Made by a program: the position numbers and the translations under genes | Notes under the pieces: generated by a model | What the model was told of the DNA's origin: nothing | What the model saw: only the letters and a program-made list of their open reading frames with translations | Database searches by the model: none | Part shown: positions 50,621 through 64,000 of the stretch, piece after piece | How positions within the stretch are numbered: the first letter of the stretch is position 1 | How the letters are laid out: each line of letters begins with the position of its first letter | Assembly: GCA_973895155.1 (NCBI GenBank) | Contig: OZ316891.1 | Coordinates: forward strand, 20,596,169-20,660,168 | Reading direction: 5' to 3' | Length of the DNA stretch: 64,000 nt | From: Marsupella aquatica | Taxonomy: Eukaryota > Plantae > Marchantiophyta

Positions 50621-53369
50621 TTTTGAGGGCTATTATTGTTCGTAATGCTTTGGAAATAGGACCCTACTTACTACACTTATATGCCTGAGAGATTTTTATT
50701 TTCTTCTAATTTTAGAAAAGGTGCAGGTGATCCAGATCTTGATGGGGGCATTATGCTCCCCAAATGCCCTGAAAAATACACAAGGAAAAATCACTAAGGG
50801 CATTAAGTATAGGATAATGGTTGTCTGGGCTGAAAATACTAGCCTATAACCAGAAAATGAGTAAAAATTGATAGGCGGCAATGAGAAGCTTTTCTTAGCA
50901 TTTTGGGAGCACTCTTCAGGCTAGAACCCCCTTGTCCAGACCTCCCTAGTTTATATATAATTATTGTCTAGAAAAAGGTTACTGATCATGAGTTTCCGAG
51001 CAACAGACTATGGGACTAGCAAGTACCTCTAGAAATGGTTACACACTGATGGCCTGTGTTTCGTACAGAAATTACGAGCCATAACTCTCCTGCTAGCCTA
51101 GCCTCGGGAGTTAGGACATTTTAGGCCTGCCAGGACAAGCCTGCTTCTAGGGTTGTCCAATTTCAGGCACAATTTCCAGATCAAAATAGAACAAAGCTAC
51201 ACTTGGGGGGTTGTCTTTGTCAATCCACACTGTACCGTTTCACTAACTAATGAGATTAAGACGTTGAAATATCTTTCCAACTTGTGCTCCTGAGTTCCTG
51301 GTAGTGTGCAAGGTGTCCTGCATGGGCACGGACAGACAATGGCCTCTTTGTTAGTCAATATCACATTGCTCAGGAACTACTAGAACCCCATGATAAGGAA
51401 GAAAATTCAAGAAAGTAAGAAAGAGGGAGGAAGGGGCTAATTTGTCTTCCTGCACTTTGGGTGACAGTGGAGGGTTTAAGAGCATCTTCAAGGTTACAGG
51501 TCTGGTTATTGTACGGAGAGTAGATACCCAGCTTGACAACACCCTTTTCGAGCTTGCTATAAATAGGAGTCATGGTCAGCTGAACTCAGCCCCAACCACT
51601 GAAAGGATTGTTTCCCTGTGCCACTAGAAAGATTAGTCTCAGCAAAGCCAGCCAAAAAGAGGTACCCTTGTTTGTCAATTTTGATATTTATGATTATATA
51701 TAAGTATTTCATATTATCATGACCAGTTTCTGAATTTGAATGCGGACAGACAGAAAATTAGTTTTATAACAATGACAATGGCACCCTCTGTTCCTTGGGC
51801 CACCTGGTAATTGCCCCTGCGGACAGGCAGAATGAAAAAACGAAAGAACTAGATTGTTCTTCTAGAGCCCTCATGAGCAGCTCAAGAATCATCTCCCAAC
51901 CATTGGAGATTGCAATCTTGGGAATCCAGCAATGAACGCACTAAAATGTCAAAACTGCATAGTGCCTCCAGTTCTAGTAACAAAAAGACCCTCAAAATCT
52001 GAAAACATTCCTTTACAGGGGTTGAACATTGAGCTTTAGTTACTAGGTCCTCCTGCGAGTGGGAGTGTCAGGTGGCCCCAACTCCCTAAAGACCCCAATG
52101 ATCCCACTAAAACCACTGTTGTGTAGTCGCCAAAAAACTCATTGAATCAGACTGCAGCAGGGTTTGAACATGCGACCAACTACATCTAAAAGTGCATTTT
52201 CACCATTGACATCAAAGGAGAGCACAGCTCAGTAAAATTTCTGATACAAGACCTGACTGGGTCCACCAGGATCCTTGACAAGAGGTTCATAGAAAGAGGG
52301 CACCATTCAACTGTCTAGGGTGTGTCAACTTTGGAACTGGATTTGATCATCCAGTGCACTGCATGGCCATCCGAAAAATGGACATTGAAAGCCAGCTTAA
52401 GCACCTGGATTTGATCGACAGGTGCCGGGCAAGGTTGGTCCCTTTGTGAATCTGAAATATCCCTCAGATAAATAGTTTTCACAGACAACAGGGACCCCAT
52501 GGCTGCCCACCATGGGGCCCAAAGTTGTAACACCCTTGAAATGGTTTTTCATTAGTGTGTATAGAACATCTCCAGTGAAACCACCTGTCCGAATTTACTA
52601 CAGTAACTCAAGAGAGACACCTTGTGTTAAACCACCTGCCAACATAATAAGAGGGAAGTGTCCAGATGTTTTTCATTAGGAAAGTTGAGGAATATCTCAG
52701 GTTAAACCACTTGTCCACATGTAACACGGGTAATCCAAGGAACACCTCAGGCGGGACCTCAGGATTAAACCACCTACCACATGTGAGGAGGAAAGTATCC
52801 AAATAGAAACTCAAGGATCACCTTGGGTTCATTTACCTGCCGACACACAAAGAGGCAAATGTTCAATATAATGCTTTCCATTAGGAACCTTAACAAACAC
52901 CTACCTCATTGTAGTTGGTTTTATCTCCAACTAGTGGTTTGTCAGTAATTAACCTTGGTAACCCAAATTTGAGAGTGGGGCCAACTTCAACCAAGAAAAA
53001 CCCCTAGTTAGAAAAACCCCTTCAATCCAAACCTAATGCTATTTGGGTTGCATTTCCATGACTGGAGAGTACTTTCACTTTGTCAAGCCCTACAAATGCT
53101 GCCCTATTGTGATCTCTTCTGTTATTGCTTTGGCAAGTAGTGCACCCAGATTCATTCCCACCAAAGAGTCAGAGAAGGAGATGAAATCAGATTGCAAACT
53201 TCACACAACTTACCCACCTACTTCTACAGACCATCCAGCCAGATTTGAGACTTCTTGTGGATATGCTATTGAGGGCAATGCCGAATACATACACCATGGT
53301 TGCAAAGGAAATGTTGCACTCATCAGAGAGGAAACCATCGAGCTCAGAAGCAATATGATCAGAAATGAA

Positions 53370-53500
53370 AACACATTGATTACTGCTCCCCAGATTCCAC
53401 AGAGTCGCCATGCTTCAATGGAGCGCAAATTCAGCAGTTGATACCAAATGTACTGATGCTGGACAAGATTAAAAAAAACTTGAATGCATGATCTTGTGTG
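53370..53500 (+). mobile_element. Possible decayed hAT transposase C-terminal fragment
   Basis: IPQSRHASMERKFSS...RLKK..MHDLV resembles the hAT dimerisation motif (P.SS...ER.FS...RL). Weak. Confidence 0.3.
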
Positions 53501-53645
53501 TTCCAACGCATTCTCTCTTACTCGAGATCTTGGTCACAGTGCAAAATTTTGCTGGACACAATGCAAGATGACAAGATTATGTTTGGTTGTCTTTGAATAG
53601 TGTCTCCATTGATTGGTTTCATTGATTTTGCTTGTGGGCCACATT

Positions 53646-53833
53646 TTTTTCATTTTTTTTCAACAAAGAAAACCGGGACAGGGCCGGAACCCACACAACA
53701 ACCCAGGGGACAAGAGCCACCCCGGGCAGGAAACACCAAAAACACCTAATCAAGCCAATAAATCTGATGCAGTCACCAGGTGAACTCCGAACCCCACTCA
53801 CCATGGGTCTTCACCATCCTCTGTCTACATCTA
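53646..53833 (-). mobile_element. Short retroposed insertion (5'-truncated LINE or SINE) with poly(A) tail and 14-bp TSD
   Basis: T-rich tract at ~53644-53660. Flanks ttgtgggccacatt (53632-53645) and ttgtgggccgcatt (53834-53847). Confidence 0.75.
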
Positions 53834-54780
53834 TTGTGGGCCGCATTATGCTCCAAATAGTGTTATGTACTATTAATATTGCCTTAATGTTCCTGCATGC
53901 ACACACTTCAATGTTAGGCTGTAGTTCACATTGGTACCTTTAATTCAAGCATAATAGCAAAAATTGGGCTACATAAATGATGTTACCAAGACCCTAGTTT
54001 GTACCTAACACTGGTGAGTTTCAATTAAGCATAACAGTAAACAAAATGGGCTACACAAATAATGTTACCAAGACCCAAAGGATAAACAGATAAAACAGGC
54101 AAGGAATTTAGAGGAAGTCTGGAAGAGCTATTATTTTGCACAACATAGGTCATCTGTTGTCAGATTGACTGTGAGGCCCACAAAAACTGAGTCTCTAATA
54201 ACAAGGCGTGTCAAAGCAGGGCCAAAAGTGAATTACGGCAAAGGACATAAAATGTTTTATGGTGAGGACAAAAATCTTACAGGATACCTGTAAAGATGCC
54301 CTGGAAGGAATTAGACATCCAAAAAGTGGTCGTTTTGTAGTTAGCTAGGGTGTCTCAAAGCACATCCATAACAAGTTACGAGTTGCCCATAAGGGTTGAG
54401 TTACAGGAACGGGCATAAAAGTTGCCAGATGCCAAAATAGACCTTTGTAAGAAAGTGTCACGGCCGCTAACAGAACCCGTAACATTAACTCTAAGACCTT
54501 GAATTTGTGTCATCACAACGTAGAGTCATTGCAACATTGCGTCATCTAGGGACAGAAGCAACATGCCAGTAACTGTGTATTATTATAATGCTATTGTGAC
54601 CGCTTGTTGAGGTAATAGGCTTGGGCTTGTTTGATAGGGACGGGCCAAAAGCACTGAGCGGGAGTACCCATAACTCATCCCTTATGGCACAGGTCAATAC
54701 AAATCCCCTTGCAACCATTGGCCCATAAAATCTGGTGATAAAGTATTTCAATGCAAATCCTCCCTCAACGAGGTATTTGC

Positions 54781-55044
54781 TTGATCAACCCCCAAAATGC
54801 AACTTGTTACTTGATTAACCCCCTGAGGTCTATCAATGGTCCAGATCTGAGATCTAAAGATCCATCAACAATCCAGATTGGGGAAAAGCATGGAGGGGGT
54901 TGATCAACCCCCAAAATGCAACCTGTTACTTGATTAACCCCCTGAGGTCTATCAATGGTCCAGATCTGAGATCTAAAGGTACATCAACAATCCAGATTGG
55001 GGAAAAGCATGGAGGGGGTGATTGGGGAAAAGCATGGAGGGGGT
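54781..55044. repeat. Tandem duplication, 2 x 119 bp plus partial copy
   Basis: ttgatcaacccccaaaatgcaac...gattggggaaaagcatggagggggt at 54781 and 54900. Confidence 0.95.
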
Positions 55045-56332
55045 CGATTAAGCAAACTTTTTCAAGAAAGGGGTCTACTAAGCATATCTCTCTCCCTCAA
55101 CCATTGGCCTGTAAAGACACAGGTGTCCCTTAACTTTTCTTTATGGCCCTCCTTTGAGACTCCCTATTATAGCTATAAGATAAATTTGCCCTGTAAGAGA
55201 TCAGGCGTTCAAAAAGTGATCATTTTGTAGCTAATTAATTATAGCCATACGATCTTGATTATCGTAATGCTTTGACAAGCTCTTTTGAAAATGGATGTCC
55301 TTGCGTCAGCCCTAGTTGATCTGTGCATTGCAGGAGTATCATCTTACTTGGTCCACTGACGATTCTTGGCCCTGGTTCCATCTAATCTCTGACCGGTTCG
55401 TCATTGTAGGTCATCTTAAAGTCTCGAGTTAATTAGATCGGAAGAGCCTGACATTCCTCTCCATGGGCACGAAGACCAATCAAGTCTTCAAATATTAATG
55501 CATACTACGATCCATGCATCATCATCCAATTCAGTCTCTAGTTTTGGGACACGAAAGTGAAGCGATAGAGGACAAAAGCTGATAAATAAAAACATCAGTG
55601 CCACGGCAACTACATCCTGTCATATAGCTCAATTTTTCGATTCGACAGCGGATAATTTCAAAGAAAGTGCAGTGTAACCGTCAGTTTCGTCACTGTTTAA
55701 GGAGAATAGTAGCGTTCGGAATTTTCTCAAGATTGAAGTTCTACACCCGTTCACGTGGTCGCTATTTGAAAAAGATTGCAGCAAGTAAATCCCACTTGAA
55801 CTGAGCCACTAGTACTGTCAACTCAGTGACTAATCAAATTACAATTGAATGGATCTCTCTCCAAAAACATTTAAACCGCCTACAAGACCATAATTCCAAC
55901 TCGTGTTTACTTTGTTACTGTTTGAGACGTCTAACATCTCTCTAGTTTGAAGCTGTGCAAACGTATATCTCCCCTGATAAAGGCTCCAAACTAGTACCTA
56001 CGTATCTCACCAGTCTTGTAAGTATCTTACCTAAAAGTTCGTCGAAACAGCTGAAAGATGGTTCATCCTCGTTCCTAAGGATTAACAAAGACTGCAGTCC
56101 TTCTATCTGTCCTTCAACACTGGCTGTGGGTATTAACGTATAAACACTATATTTGAAGAAGGCAGCTACAGGCTATCAACCTAGTGCCATCAAATCATCC
56201 TAGAAATATACAACTTAGTGCTGAATGAAACATAATCAAGGTAAGAATCATGATGACGGTGCGCCCATCCATCCGTCAAAATAGATCCGGCAATTCAGCC
56301 AAATGCATTTGATAGTGTAGAAAATTAAGCTC

Positions 56333-59300
56333 TTATGCAGCAATCCTCAACATCTCAGATGCCACCGCTGCTTCGGTCACCAAAGCCACTGGAAGTCTCC
56401 CTTGCAGGAAGAGAGAAATATTCAGAGGCCTAAGCACCATTCCATCAAATATTAAATTCACTCCTGGAAGTGGTACATCACTACCGTCATCGTCCTCTAC
56501 ATAATCCATCTTTTGCACTGAGGAATCTGGGTTTGCAGGCACCTCCCCTGCCCCTTGTTGGGCCCCCTCAATAATTGGAGGTACTGGTAAGGAGGGTAAC
56601 CTGAATACGTACCACTGTTCCTGTTAGTGAATTTAATAAATGCATCATTTCGATCAATGATAGCATGTGAATCTTGCTGATACAATCAAGTCTCCTACAA
56701 AACAGCTTAGCAAATCTCCTACAACTGGAACAAATAGGGCAAGAGTCGAAGAAAGCTTACGGGAAAACTTTGCCGTCAATTGAAAACCGGACAGTGGCAT
56801 CCGAATCGGATGGACTTAGCGGTGAAGATGTTGGAGAATATATAGGATCAAACATTCCATCAGAAGGATTCCACTTTGAGCTCGCGAGACTGATCAGAAC
56901 AGGTTTGTTGCCAGACTTTGACGGCGCACCTGGATATGCTAGTCTTGAAATTGGGCCATTTGCCTGATAGTCAGATATAAACTCTCGAAGTTTCCGCCGC
57001 AACTTTTGCATAGCTTCTCGATGTTTTGACAGAGTACTACTTTGGAATAGCTCAGACCGAACTGCTCCATCGCAAACCAATTTGCAGAGCATTGTGTCAA
57101 AGAGTGGTAGTCCAAACTCCACACTTTGTGGAATCCACTCCCAATCATTCTCATTTGGCAAGCTCGTCACGGCACCTGTCGCCTTGCGAACTCTAATCAT
57201 GTGGATGTATCCCACTGTATCCAAATTTAATTCGTCAGCTACATCCAGTAAAGAGGTGCTCGGTTGGTACATGTACGAAGCGTCCACTGCCTTCTCAGTT
57301 TCGTCGGATGTGTTGAGTACATTCAGATCACTCAGGGGCAGAGGGGCATTCTTTGTCAACACAGATCCGTTTTCATCAAGAGAGGACATTGGGAAGGGCT
57401 GGACGAGCACAGCCGAGAACTTCAACAGAGAGTTAAGGCAATGCAAGAGAATCCGACCTTCAACCAGAGAGCCATCAAACTTTCCTCCAATGCCACTCAC
57501 TCCAACTCCGTCCCAAGCCCACACTAAAGCCTTAGCACACCCTGCCAGAGGAGGAGGAAGGAGTCTTAGTCTCTGGCCTTTGATGAGAGCAACAGAAACC
57601 GGTCCCGATCCAGATACTGAATACAAAAGGAGCTTCATCCACGGAGTTATGGCAGCCCGACTTGGTGGACCAAAGTGGACAGGCCCAGAACCATCAGCTG
57701 AAACGACTGATGGAGGAGAGAGGAGAGGAATCATGGACACGACCACGTCATAGTCACGTCGCAGAACCCTGTGAATGGTTCCAGGAGATAGACCCTGTAA
57801 GCTCTCCACACGCAACACATCCACACGATACTTGCGTCCCGACTTCTTGTTGCGAGATTTTGTACGCCCAAAAACATCTATGGCAGCTGAAGCGCTCGTG
57901 GATTGCATTGTCTCAGGGCCGATGTCAAAAGGATTAGGTCTCTCATCCTCATCAGCGGGCTTGCTGCTAAGCACTTCAAAGTTGAATAAATCATCATCAG
58001 GTTCCCTAGATTTTCCTTGCAATTCAGTAGAGCTATAATCTAAGTCTACAGGCTTGAAAGTCAGAAGACTGTCAAGGTGAGGTGAACTGCTGAGACCAAT
58101 GGCACTTGGACCAAGCTGAAAATCACCCAGCTCAGTTCCTGACTTCTCTGGCGACTCCAGATCAGGCTCCGCATCTACAGTATCCAAACCTGTTAGACCA
58201 GTTCCTCCAGATCGAAGGCATTCCAAGGCAAGGCGAAGGCTGAAGGCATGATTAGCGAGCTGCTGTAGCTCTCCCTCAAATTTTGTACCCTCAACTTGGC
58301 GCAAGTCTTCGCACATTTCTGCCACATTGGAGTCACCTAGCTTTCCTGCTTCATAGAGTGTCACAGCATGTCCCTTGAGACCTGGACAGAGTACAGGGGA
58401 ATGGGCTTCAGAACATGAAGACAATAACATAACTTTTTCAATTCTGGTACATTATATCGTAGCGTGTTGTATTTATCGAATGACAAAGGCCATGAAATCG
58501 AACACTTGTGAATGAAACTGATGTCAATGTCTAGAGGCATGAGACCCATAAAGCCACAGCACGAGTATTAACAGAGCATGCGCGCAGGATGGTCATTAAA
58601 CCATCAGTTCTCTGTGATGAGGATCTATAAACCCCAAGAAAGCTAGCTTATCAAATTCTGACCCGCAAATTTGAACAAACCACAATATTGAAGGTGCTCT
58701 GAAACTTACCCGGTGACAGCGAGCCCATCATGAGATAGGATGTGAGATTTGCATCAACCATGAGAGCAAATCGTGTGATCCCAGATTGAGATTTTATAAC
58801 ATCGCCATCTGCTTCAGGCATGCCCTCCTGAAATGGACTTGGTGGCAAGGAACTGAGTGATCTGAACCCATCGTCGGCAGCACTGTCCTCACTTAGCGGA
58901 GATCCAGGCACCAGGAAGTCGTTCAGCAACGAAGCAGGGTCCAAAACCTTTTTGGCCCATCCCAGTCGGGAAGCCAATGACACAGCAGCTTCCAACTGGG
59001 ACAAGTCAGCCTGCAGAGTTTGTGCCAGCTCACTAATTGTTGCTTGCTCACTCGATGCAACAAAAACAGCATACAGAAGTCTGTACAATCATACAATCGC
59101 TCCATTAGGGATAAATCCATTGGCAGGAGTGGAACATGTTTTTCTCTCGTGTATCTTGCACATCTGAATTCATGAAAGTCCACGTAGAAAAGAGTCACAC
59201 AGCCAGGCCATGAAGTTAAGGTCAAACAGACATAGCGAAGAGCAAAGTTAAAAACTATTGTCCTATAGGGTCTGAGAAGTCTGCATTAGACTTCAATCAA

Positions 59301-61885
59301 GAATTATGTCACACGAGGCATTCAAAAAGACAAGTGAAACATAAGCAAGTGAGACATACTCTTCAGTGGGATCTTCATAAGACTGGTCGCGGTTAGAAAC
59401 AAAACCATCCAAAGTTGAAACTGCAAATTGGACAGCCCCCAAACCAACCCTGTGGCATCAGTAGCCACAGAAGATCCTGTATTACAACTATGAATGAAAA
59501 AGGAATCGTGGACAACGAAACCGGTGACAAGGAGAAGAACGCTCGGTCCACTATTGAAAACTGTAGACCTTCAAATGTAGTTCATGTTGGCGGTGAGCTT
59601 TTCCTTCCTCAGAGTGAAACGTTTCGGGAGTATTCAGTGAACTTATTCTAATGAAGTCTCTCTGTGGGTGTGCAAAGGGTAGAAACAGAATTCAGAACTT
59701 AATCCAGTCCGGTTTGACTTGTTCGATAAAACCAAATCAGGACGGCCAATGTGAGTGCGAAGATAGTCGGCAGACGAAAAAATCGAAACGAACCTTGAAA
59801 ATGATCATCAGGATAGACGGGAACCTCCAAATATATCAATCCTCGACGATAGAGGCCACGGACGATCTCCAAATCTAGCTCGGCCACTAAGTTGAGTTCT
59901 TCCTTGCCCACTTTATCTATGACTACCATTTCTTCATCTGAGATTTTCTGTTTCAAATTATCGCAATAGCTACATGTTAGCTAAGACGATTGATCAGCAC
60001 ACAGAAGGGCTCCACCGTTTGCTCACAGAAAACAAGTTTTCACAACTTAACCGATAAGCCAAGCTGGCACACTACGTAGTTTTAACACAGCGTTGAACTT
60101 TGTCACTAGCTGCCTGGTACCTACAGCAAAATTCGACGACATCCCAGCTCTAAACGAATGTCTTGGCTATGCTTCATGATAAGCATATGCTGTTGCTCTA
60201 TGCTACACAAGGCCTTCTCTCACAAACATGAAAGAAGTCAAATATGAAGGAGTTCTTGAGACTTACTCTGAACTCTTCCACAGTTACGTTCACAATGCTA
60301 ACTGTCCACCATGGTTCAATCAAAAAGTCCACCGGTGCTTTTGGAAGCATGTCCCTAGCGATAGACTTGTTGAGTTTCCACATTAGCTTCTGCACGTCAT
60401 ATGCTGTGATTAGTAAGTTACAATTTCACTCCACGTACGTTGCATGTAAATACGAAAGCCAAATGGTAGTCATGACAAATTGCCAGGCTGATTAGTAACT
60501 ATATGACAGCCTACTAGAACTAAATGACTGGAATGACTGGAAGTAGTGATATTTGCGACCTGTGGACACCAACTGCATACATATCCTATTGCAAAAGTAC
60601 GCAGAAGTACCTTTGCTCTGCACTTATTCATTATGTCAATGAATTCGTTTCTCCCAATGCCTGTAAGTCGCAGAGCATCCGCAGCACTAAAGTTTGGAAT
60701 GGAGTCATAAGGTCGCTCTGCATGAAACTTCAGGCATCAGGCCCTCATCCTGTTGCTTCTAGATTCAAAGGACAACGGAAAACTACTGGAGTTCGAACAC
60801 CGAGAAAACCACTGGCCTCCAGGGTCTGACTTTGACAAGACAAACAGGTTTGCGGAGTTTAGTTCAAAGGAAAGAAACTCGGCAAACCTGTTCCATTTTT
60901 AGAAGGACTAAAGCCACACAATATATGACTGATTGCAGGTACTGACCATTCTTCATGACTTCGTAGAGCATTTCGCAGTAGTACTGAAAAGGAGATATTC
61001 TCAGAATGCGACAAACATTCTCAGACAAGTGATATGGGAAGAGCTGTCAACATGGCAACAATCCCACGGGTTCCACAACCTTAGATATGAACTGCAATCG
61101 GAGAACGTCTGAAAATTGTCTATATGTCAAGAAGCACAGCAAATAGATCTGAATTAATAAGTCATCTTGGTATCAACCAATTAGTAGGTATTCTGCACGC
61201 ATTGCATTCACTTTACGACGGATTGCATTCAACTACTGCAACTATTTCATCCCACAACAGGATGTATACAAAACTCTGATTTAAAACTCTGAATTAAGAT
61301 TAGAAGGGAGCACGAAGATCTGTTCAACAAAAGATTGACATAAGCGATAAATGGAGATGGATTTGTGAAGAAGGGTAGGGGCCACACCGCAAGATTCTTA
61401 CGTAGGTAGCGCATAAGATCCTCATAGTATTCATTCTCTTTACATGCATTTCTTGCCGCACAATCACTCCATTTGAAGCGCTTTTTGATGCAGTACTCCT
61501 TGACTCTGTTGTACGGCACAAGACGCCAATGATCCATGAACCAACATAAACTCACTTAAATTTTGGTTCAAAATATGACAACGCTTCCTGTATCTCCTGC
61601 CTGGAGGACATGGAATTTGCAGCTCATACAGGAGGTCAAACGGAGGACAAAGGTGACCCACAACACGCAACGGAAAGTATCGAGCAAACTTTGTTGCTGC
61701 AACAGCATTCCAAGAAAATTATCTGCAAAGTAATCGTAAATTTGGATATGCTCACACCTCTTTTGATACTCGTCATTCGAGGTTAGAAACAACTTGAGGC
61801 GTTTAGGAAGCTTCTCCCAAGGAGCTTCTTCTCCAATTGCCTTCACTATCATCTCCTCTTCCACGCTATTCGCCACACGCTTCAT
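56333..61885 (-). CDS. FAM91A1: FAM91A1 homolog, about 10 exons
   Basis: [24 protein letters not shown]|[105 protein letters not shown]...[18 protein letters not shown] introns. Confidence 0.95.
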
Positions 61886-62771
61886 CTTGACTTCCTTGTA
61901 ACAAAATCCTGTTCGGAATTCCCGTGCACTGTCGTACCTGTCCTGTTATTTGACAAGCGACACACACTGAACCTTAGCTACTTTGCTGAATCGTTGACAA
62001 TGACATGCATACAGCAAGCTTTGGGGCCGAACTGAAATTTCATTTTCTTTGAGGTCAAGGCCCAGCTTATGATTCCTGTCAGTTAAACCGTCGGTTTCAC
62101 AGGCGCATTACACACCTCACCGTGTCAAGATGTAGAGAATGCCAGGATTTAGCTCGAGCGGCTGCTTTCTGAGATCATGGTCTACAGATCACTCTTGACG
62201 TACAACATTGCTTCACAAGGGCTTCCACGATGGACATGAACGACGCAACCGACTGTAGGTCCCGCAGTGTTTAACTACTAGACCGGAAAAGACCTTCCCA
62301 GAGAAATTTGAATGATAGACAATCCATCATCCACAGCATTTAAGAGGACACAACGAGAACACATTAATGACGCTCCTTTCATTTCTCCTGTAGCTGGCTA
62401 GTCCAACTGTCCTTCCTCCAGCGCGCTGAAACTCACAGTAGACCCGAGAGCAGATCCTCAGATTCCAAATTTCACTCGTTCTCTCTCAATATGACGGTGC
62501 TGCCACCAGAGGCTTAACCTTAAAAATATTCATTCCATCATTGTCTAAAATTCGGAGAGCGCTTCCACAGAAGGGTCCTGACCTTAAAACCATGAACTCC
62601 ATCATCTTCTCTCAATCTAAGAGCGCTGCCACACGAAGCTTGACCTTAACTACAGTGATTCCATCACTCCCTAAATGTATGAGCGCTACCACAAGAGGCC
62701 TGACCAACATTCATCCCATCATCCTCTCTCAATGTAAAGGGCAACTCTCATTCATTACCTCACTCTCCAAG

Positions 62772-63036
62772 CATTCCTACTGACGAGCCTCCTAGGGATT
62801 AAAATACTCTTACAAGCTTGCGCGTCAGATCATTCATTCACTCACTCATCCATTCATTCCAACAGACGAGCCTCCTAGGGAATAAAAGACTCTTACAAGC
62901 TTGCGCGTTAGATATCACTCTCCTCTCCTCTCCTGTAAGTCATTCATTCACTCACTCATCCATTCAATCCTACTGACGAGCCTCCTAGGAATTAGAACAC
63001 TCTTACAAGCTTGCGCGTCAGATATCACTCTCCTCT
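62772..63036. repeat. Three imperfect 85-110-bp tandem units upstream of FAM91A1
   Basis: gacgagcctcctagg...actcttacaagcttgcgcgt.agat three times, with cattcattcactcactcatccattca spacers. Confidence 0.9.
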
Positions 63037-63586
63037 GCTCACCTCACCTCGTGCGACGTTCTGCTCCTTGAGTCGGGGAAGGAAAGGAAGTGTGAGGGTG
63101 ATGACGATGACGATGACGGACCACGATAATGATGAGACCTTTGATTCGCTCGGAGGCCGGAGGAACGCGCGATCTCAAAAGAAAGATGGCGGATGTTCAG
63201 TCCACCACCACTAATAAGAGGTCATCCATCAGTCGAGCACACCAAAAAGCGCCCGCCCAAACCTACAAAATCGATTTCGGAACAACACTCGCGTTGGATC
63301 TGAACCGGCAAACGACCACCGACAGAATGGCGACCGCCATGCGACACTGATGCAGCAGAAGTGCACAATCGAGCGCAAAAGTCGCCGATCAATCAAGCAG
63401 TCAATCAATCCATCCATCGATCGATCGCTCCTCGCTCGATCGGACATTGAATGTGAATTCACTCGTCGACCAAAACTGCGTTCCATTCAATGCGTAAACC
63501 GGAGAATTGACTCGTGTACAATTCAATTGTCGGTCAATTCCTCATCTTCCATTGTCGCAATAATTGAAGCTCGTATGAAGCTCCAG

Positions 63587-64000
63587 GTTTGCCAAAATGC
63601 TCGGACATGCTTTTGCAACCCGGATGGACTACCACGAAACTTTCTTCGTTGCTCATATGATGCATGTGATGCACAATTTTTCATCTTCCACTCAGGAAAT
63701 TGAAGCTTAAATGGACCTCCATGTTTGCCAAAATGCTCGGATATGCCTTTGCAACCTGGATGAACTATCAGGAAACTTTCTTTTTTGCTCATGTAATGCA
63801 CATGACGGTCAGTTTGCCGAAATGCTCGTATATGCTTTGCAAACCCGGATGGACTACCATGAACCTTCTTGGTTGCTCATATGATGCATGTGATGCACAA
63901 TTTCTCATCTTCCACTCAGGAAATTGAAGCTTAAATGGACCTCCATGTTTGCCAAAATGCTCGGATATGCCTTTACAACCTGGATGAACTATCAGGAAAC
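63587..64000. repeat. Higher-order tandem repeat (alternating ~136- and 89-bp related subunits, period ~224 bp), running off the window
   Basis: gtttgcc.aaatgctcg.a.atgc starts at 63587, 63723, 63812 and 63947. Confidence 0.9.

Noticed and set aside
52155-52218. tRNA-like A/B boxes on the minus strand (possible SINE head)
   Set aside because: Box matches are weak, and no cloverleaf, tail or TSD was found.
57082-57753. 223-aa + strand ORF, and similar + ORFs over RPSA and a - ORF over cutC
   Set aside because: Antisense shadows of well-supported coding exons.

Overview
Eukaryotic nuclear DNA from a land plant, probably non-seed (bryophyte- or lycophyte-like; inferred from gene content only). 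Five spliced host genes are recognisable: Nudix hydrolase 3/DPP III fusion (-), an SLX1-like GIY-YIG nuclease (+), ZFPL1 (+), 40S ribosomal protein SA (-) and FAM91A1 (-). There is also an intronless CutC gene that looks fungal. The centre of the window (15283-30844) is a nested retrotransposon cluster with two unusual elements. (1) A Ty1/copia element with a clean 5-bp TSD whose left end is an inverted copy of its own U5 terminus. Its gag is cut into two inverted, reordered pieces, and three tRNA-Met PBS copies mark the junctions. (2) Nested in its leader, a ~9.2-kb Ty3/gypsy-type element whose degenerate polyprotein has a C5 cytosine methyltransferase between protease and RT and a PHD finger after integrase. 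Its leader holds an antisense 5S rRNA Pol III promoter core, and no LTR pair is detectable. A CRE-like (RLE-type) non-LTR remnant, a short retroposed insertion with TSD and many tandem duplications are also present. Exon limits and alignments were read by eye, and no database searches were run.
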